Source: Chrysomallon squamiferum (Eukaryota; Animalia; Mollusca). Taken from it: a DNA stretch of 64,000 nt. The first letter of the stretch is position 1; each line of letters opens with the position of its first letter. Made by a program: the position numbers and the translations under genes. Of this stretch, positions 62,226 through 64,000 are shown one piece after another. Under the pieces are notes generated by a model that was given only the letters and a program-made list of their open reading frames with translations, was not told where the DNA came from and searched no databases. The stretch is taken from the NCBI GenBank assembly GCA_012295275.1, contig CM022677.1:15996001-16060000 (forward strand), read 5' to 3'.

Positions 62226-63873
62226 GTGTCAGTAGAAATCAGGGGTGAAATGCTGCAAACTGTAGGTAGTACTTTATCATTAGTTTTACAAACAGTGCGT
62301 GTGAAAAGAATAATATGACGTGTATATGGATGACGCTGGTGTGATTAAAGCAACTACTACTACAACAACTGCACCAAGAACACCAGTAACAATATTAGAG
62401 CTAGTGGTAGCAGCGGTAGTGTTAATATTAGTATTAGAAGAATATTTAGTGGTAGTAGTAACAGTAGTGTTGGTATTAACATTAGTAGTAATAGTAGTGG
62501 TATAATAGTAAATGAAGTATTAATATTGATAGTAATAGTAATAGTAGTGCTAGTAATAGTGATTGAACTATTAGTATTAATAGTAATAATAACAGTAGTG
62601 GTAGTTGTAGTAACTGAAGTATTAGTGTTAATCATAATAGTAATGGTAGAGATAGTAGTAATATTTGAAGTATTAGTATTGACAGTAATAGTAGTAGTAG
62701 TGGTAGTAGTAATGGTAAAAGTAGAAAAATAGTAGAAAAATGATATCAACTGTTTTGATAGTAATTGAGGTCGTAGTAGCAGCAATAGTAGTAACAGTAG
62801 TAGTGGTAATAGTAATAGTAGTAGAACTAGGAGTGCCAGCAACATCAGTAATTATGTTAATTGTCGTTATGTCGTTATGTTAGTAACTTACTTACTATTA
62901 TTATTACTACTAGTGACTGTAGTAATAACAGTAGCAGCAATAGTAGTAGTAACTGTAGTAGTGGTGGTGATAGTGATAGCAGTAACTGTAGTAGTAATGA
63001 CAGTAGCAGTAATACTATTAGTAATAGTAACAGTAGTAGTTCTAATAATAGTAACAGTAATGATAGTAACAGTAATGATAGCAACAGTAAAATAATAGTA
63101 GCAATAGTACTAGAACTATTAGTAGTAGTTGCAATATTAGTAGTTGTAGTAATAATAGTTGCAACAGTATCAATAGAAGTAGCAGTAATAGAAGTAATAG
63201 TAATAGTAATAGCAAATAATAGCAGCAGCAATATTACTAGAAATATTAGTAGTAGTAGTAGTAGTAATAGTAGTTGTAATATTAGTAGTAGTAATAATAG
63301 TAGCAACAGTAGTACTAGATGAGGTAATAACCGAAGTAATAGTAATAGTAATAGCAAATAATAAAAACAAACAATTTCAAAGTTTCTACTAATTAAACAA
63401 ACGTATTTCTTAGGAGTTTCGTCTTAGATCTATAACTCTCTATTAATAAAAAAAGAAAAAAAAAAACCAGGAAAGTTTATAAGAAATTCGCAGACAGTCC
63501 TGTGATTCCAGATTGTGCTACGATTAGTCTGCACTTGACAGAAAAGGTTTAAAAATAATTAATGTTTTTTTTTTTTTTTTTTTTTTGTTATTGGCAGGTT
63601 GCACAAATTTGATGATATAATTTTTCTTTTTCTTTTTTTCTTTACGGACAGTAATGTCAGTATGGTAGAATGAGAAAAAAAAAAAGAAAGAAGAAGAAAA
63701 AGTTATGAAAGAAATCAAATATGAATTTTTTTTTTATCAGAGATCTCACTATTCAGAAGACATAATGAAAATCCGTTCATTTTATTATATGTTTGTGTAG
63801 GTGCGTCTGTGTACTGGTGTGTATGTGTATGAAAATATGTGTGTCTATATGTATATTTATTTATACACACACA

Positions 63874-63906
<33 letters not shown>

Positions 63907-64000
63907 CACATATATGTAATGTATATAATGTGTGTGTGTGGGCATGTTTGTGTATGTGAAAATAGTAGTATGTCAATACACACACAGACACACACAGACA

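Overview
AT-rich, microsatellite-dense animal genomic DNA; a mollusc-like invertebrate is my inference from composition only. It holds two divergently transcribed, intron-rich genes about 4.5 kb apart. (1) Minus strand: the 5' half of a SECIS-binding protein 2-like gene (SECISBP2L/SBP2L), with six exons from ATG 20483 to 7537. They carry the conserved N-terminal motifs LSAxAxEFVP, CYPFV, QTDFP, DSDSGYSSP and LYFEDE. I found no SID/L7Ae exons in the remaining 7.5 kb, only a candidate short terminal exon at 7027-6962. (2) Plus strand: a complete 15-exon LMAN1/ERGIC-53 cargo receptor gene (24985-44353, about 503 aa, ending KKFY). Each gene has one frame break in this sequence (+1 in SBP2L exon 6, -1 in LMAN1 exon 3). 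Assembly indels are the simplest explanation, but the SBP2L case has alternatives. The most distinctive structural pattern is repeated tandem duplication anchored on splice junctions, producing arrays of decoy donor and acceptor copies. The right end is non-coding and holds a non-autonomous hAT-like element, tRNA-derived SINE remnants and CpG/CRE/YY1-rich candidate regulatory islands. Nearly all other ORFs in the track are microsatellite artefacts.
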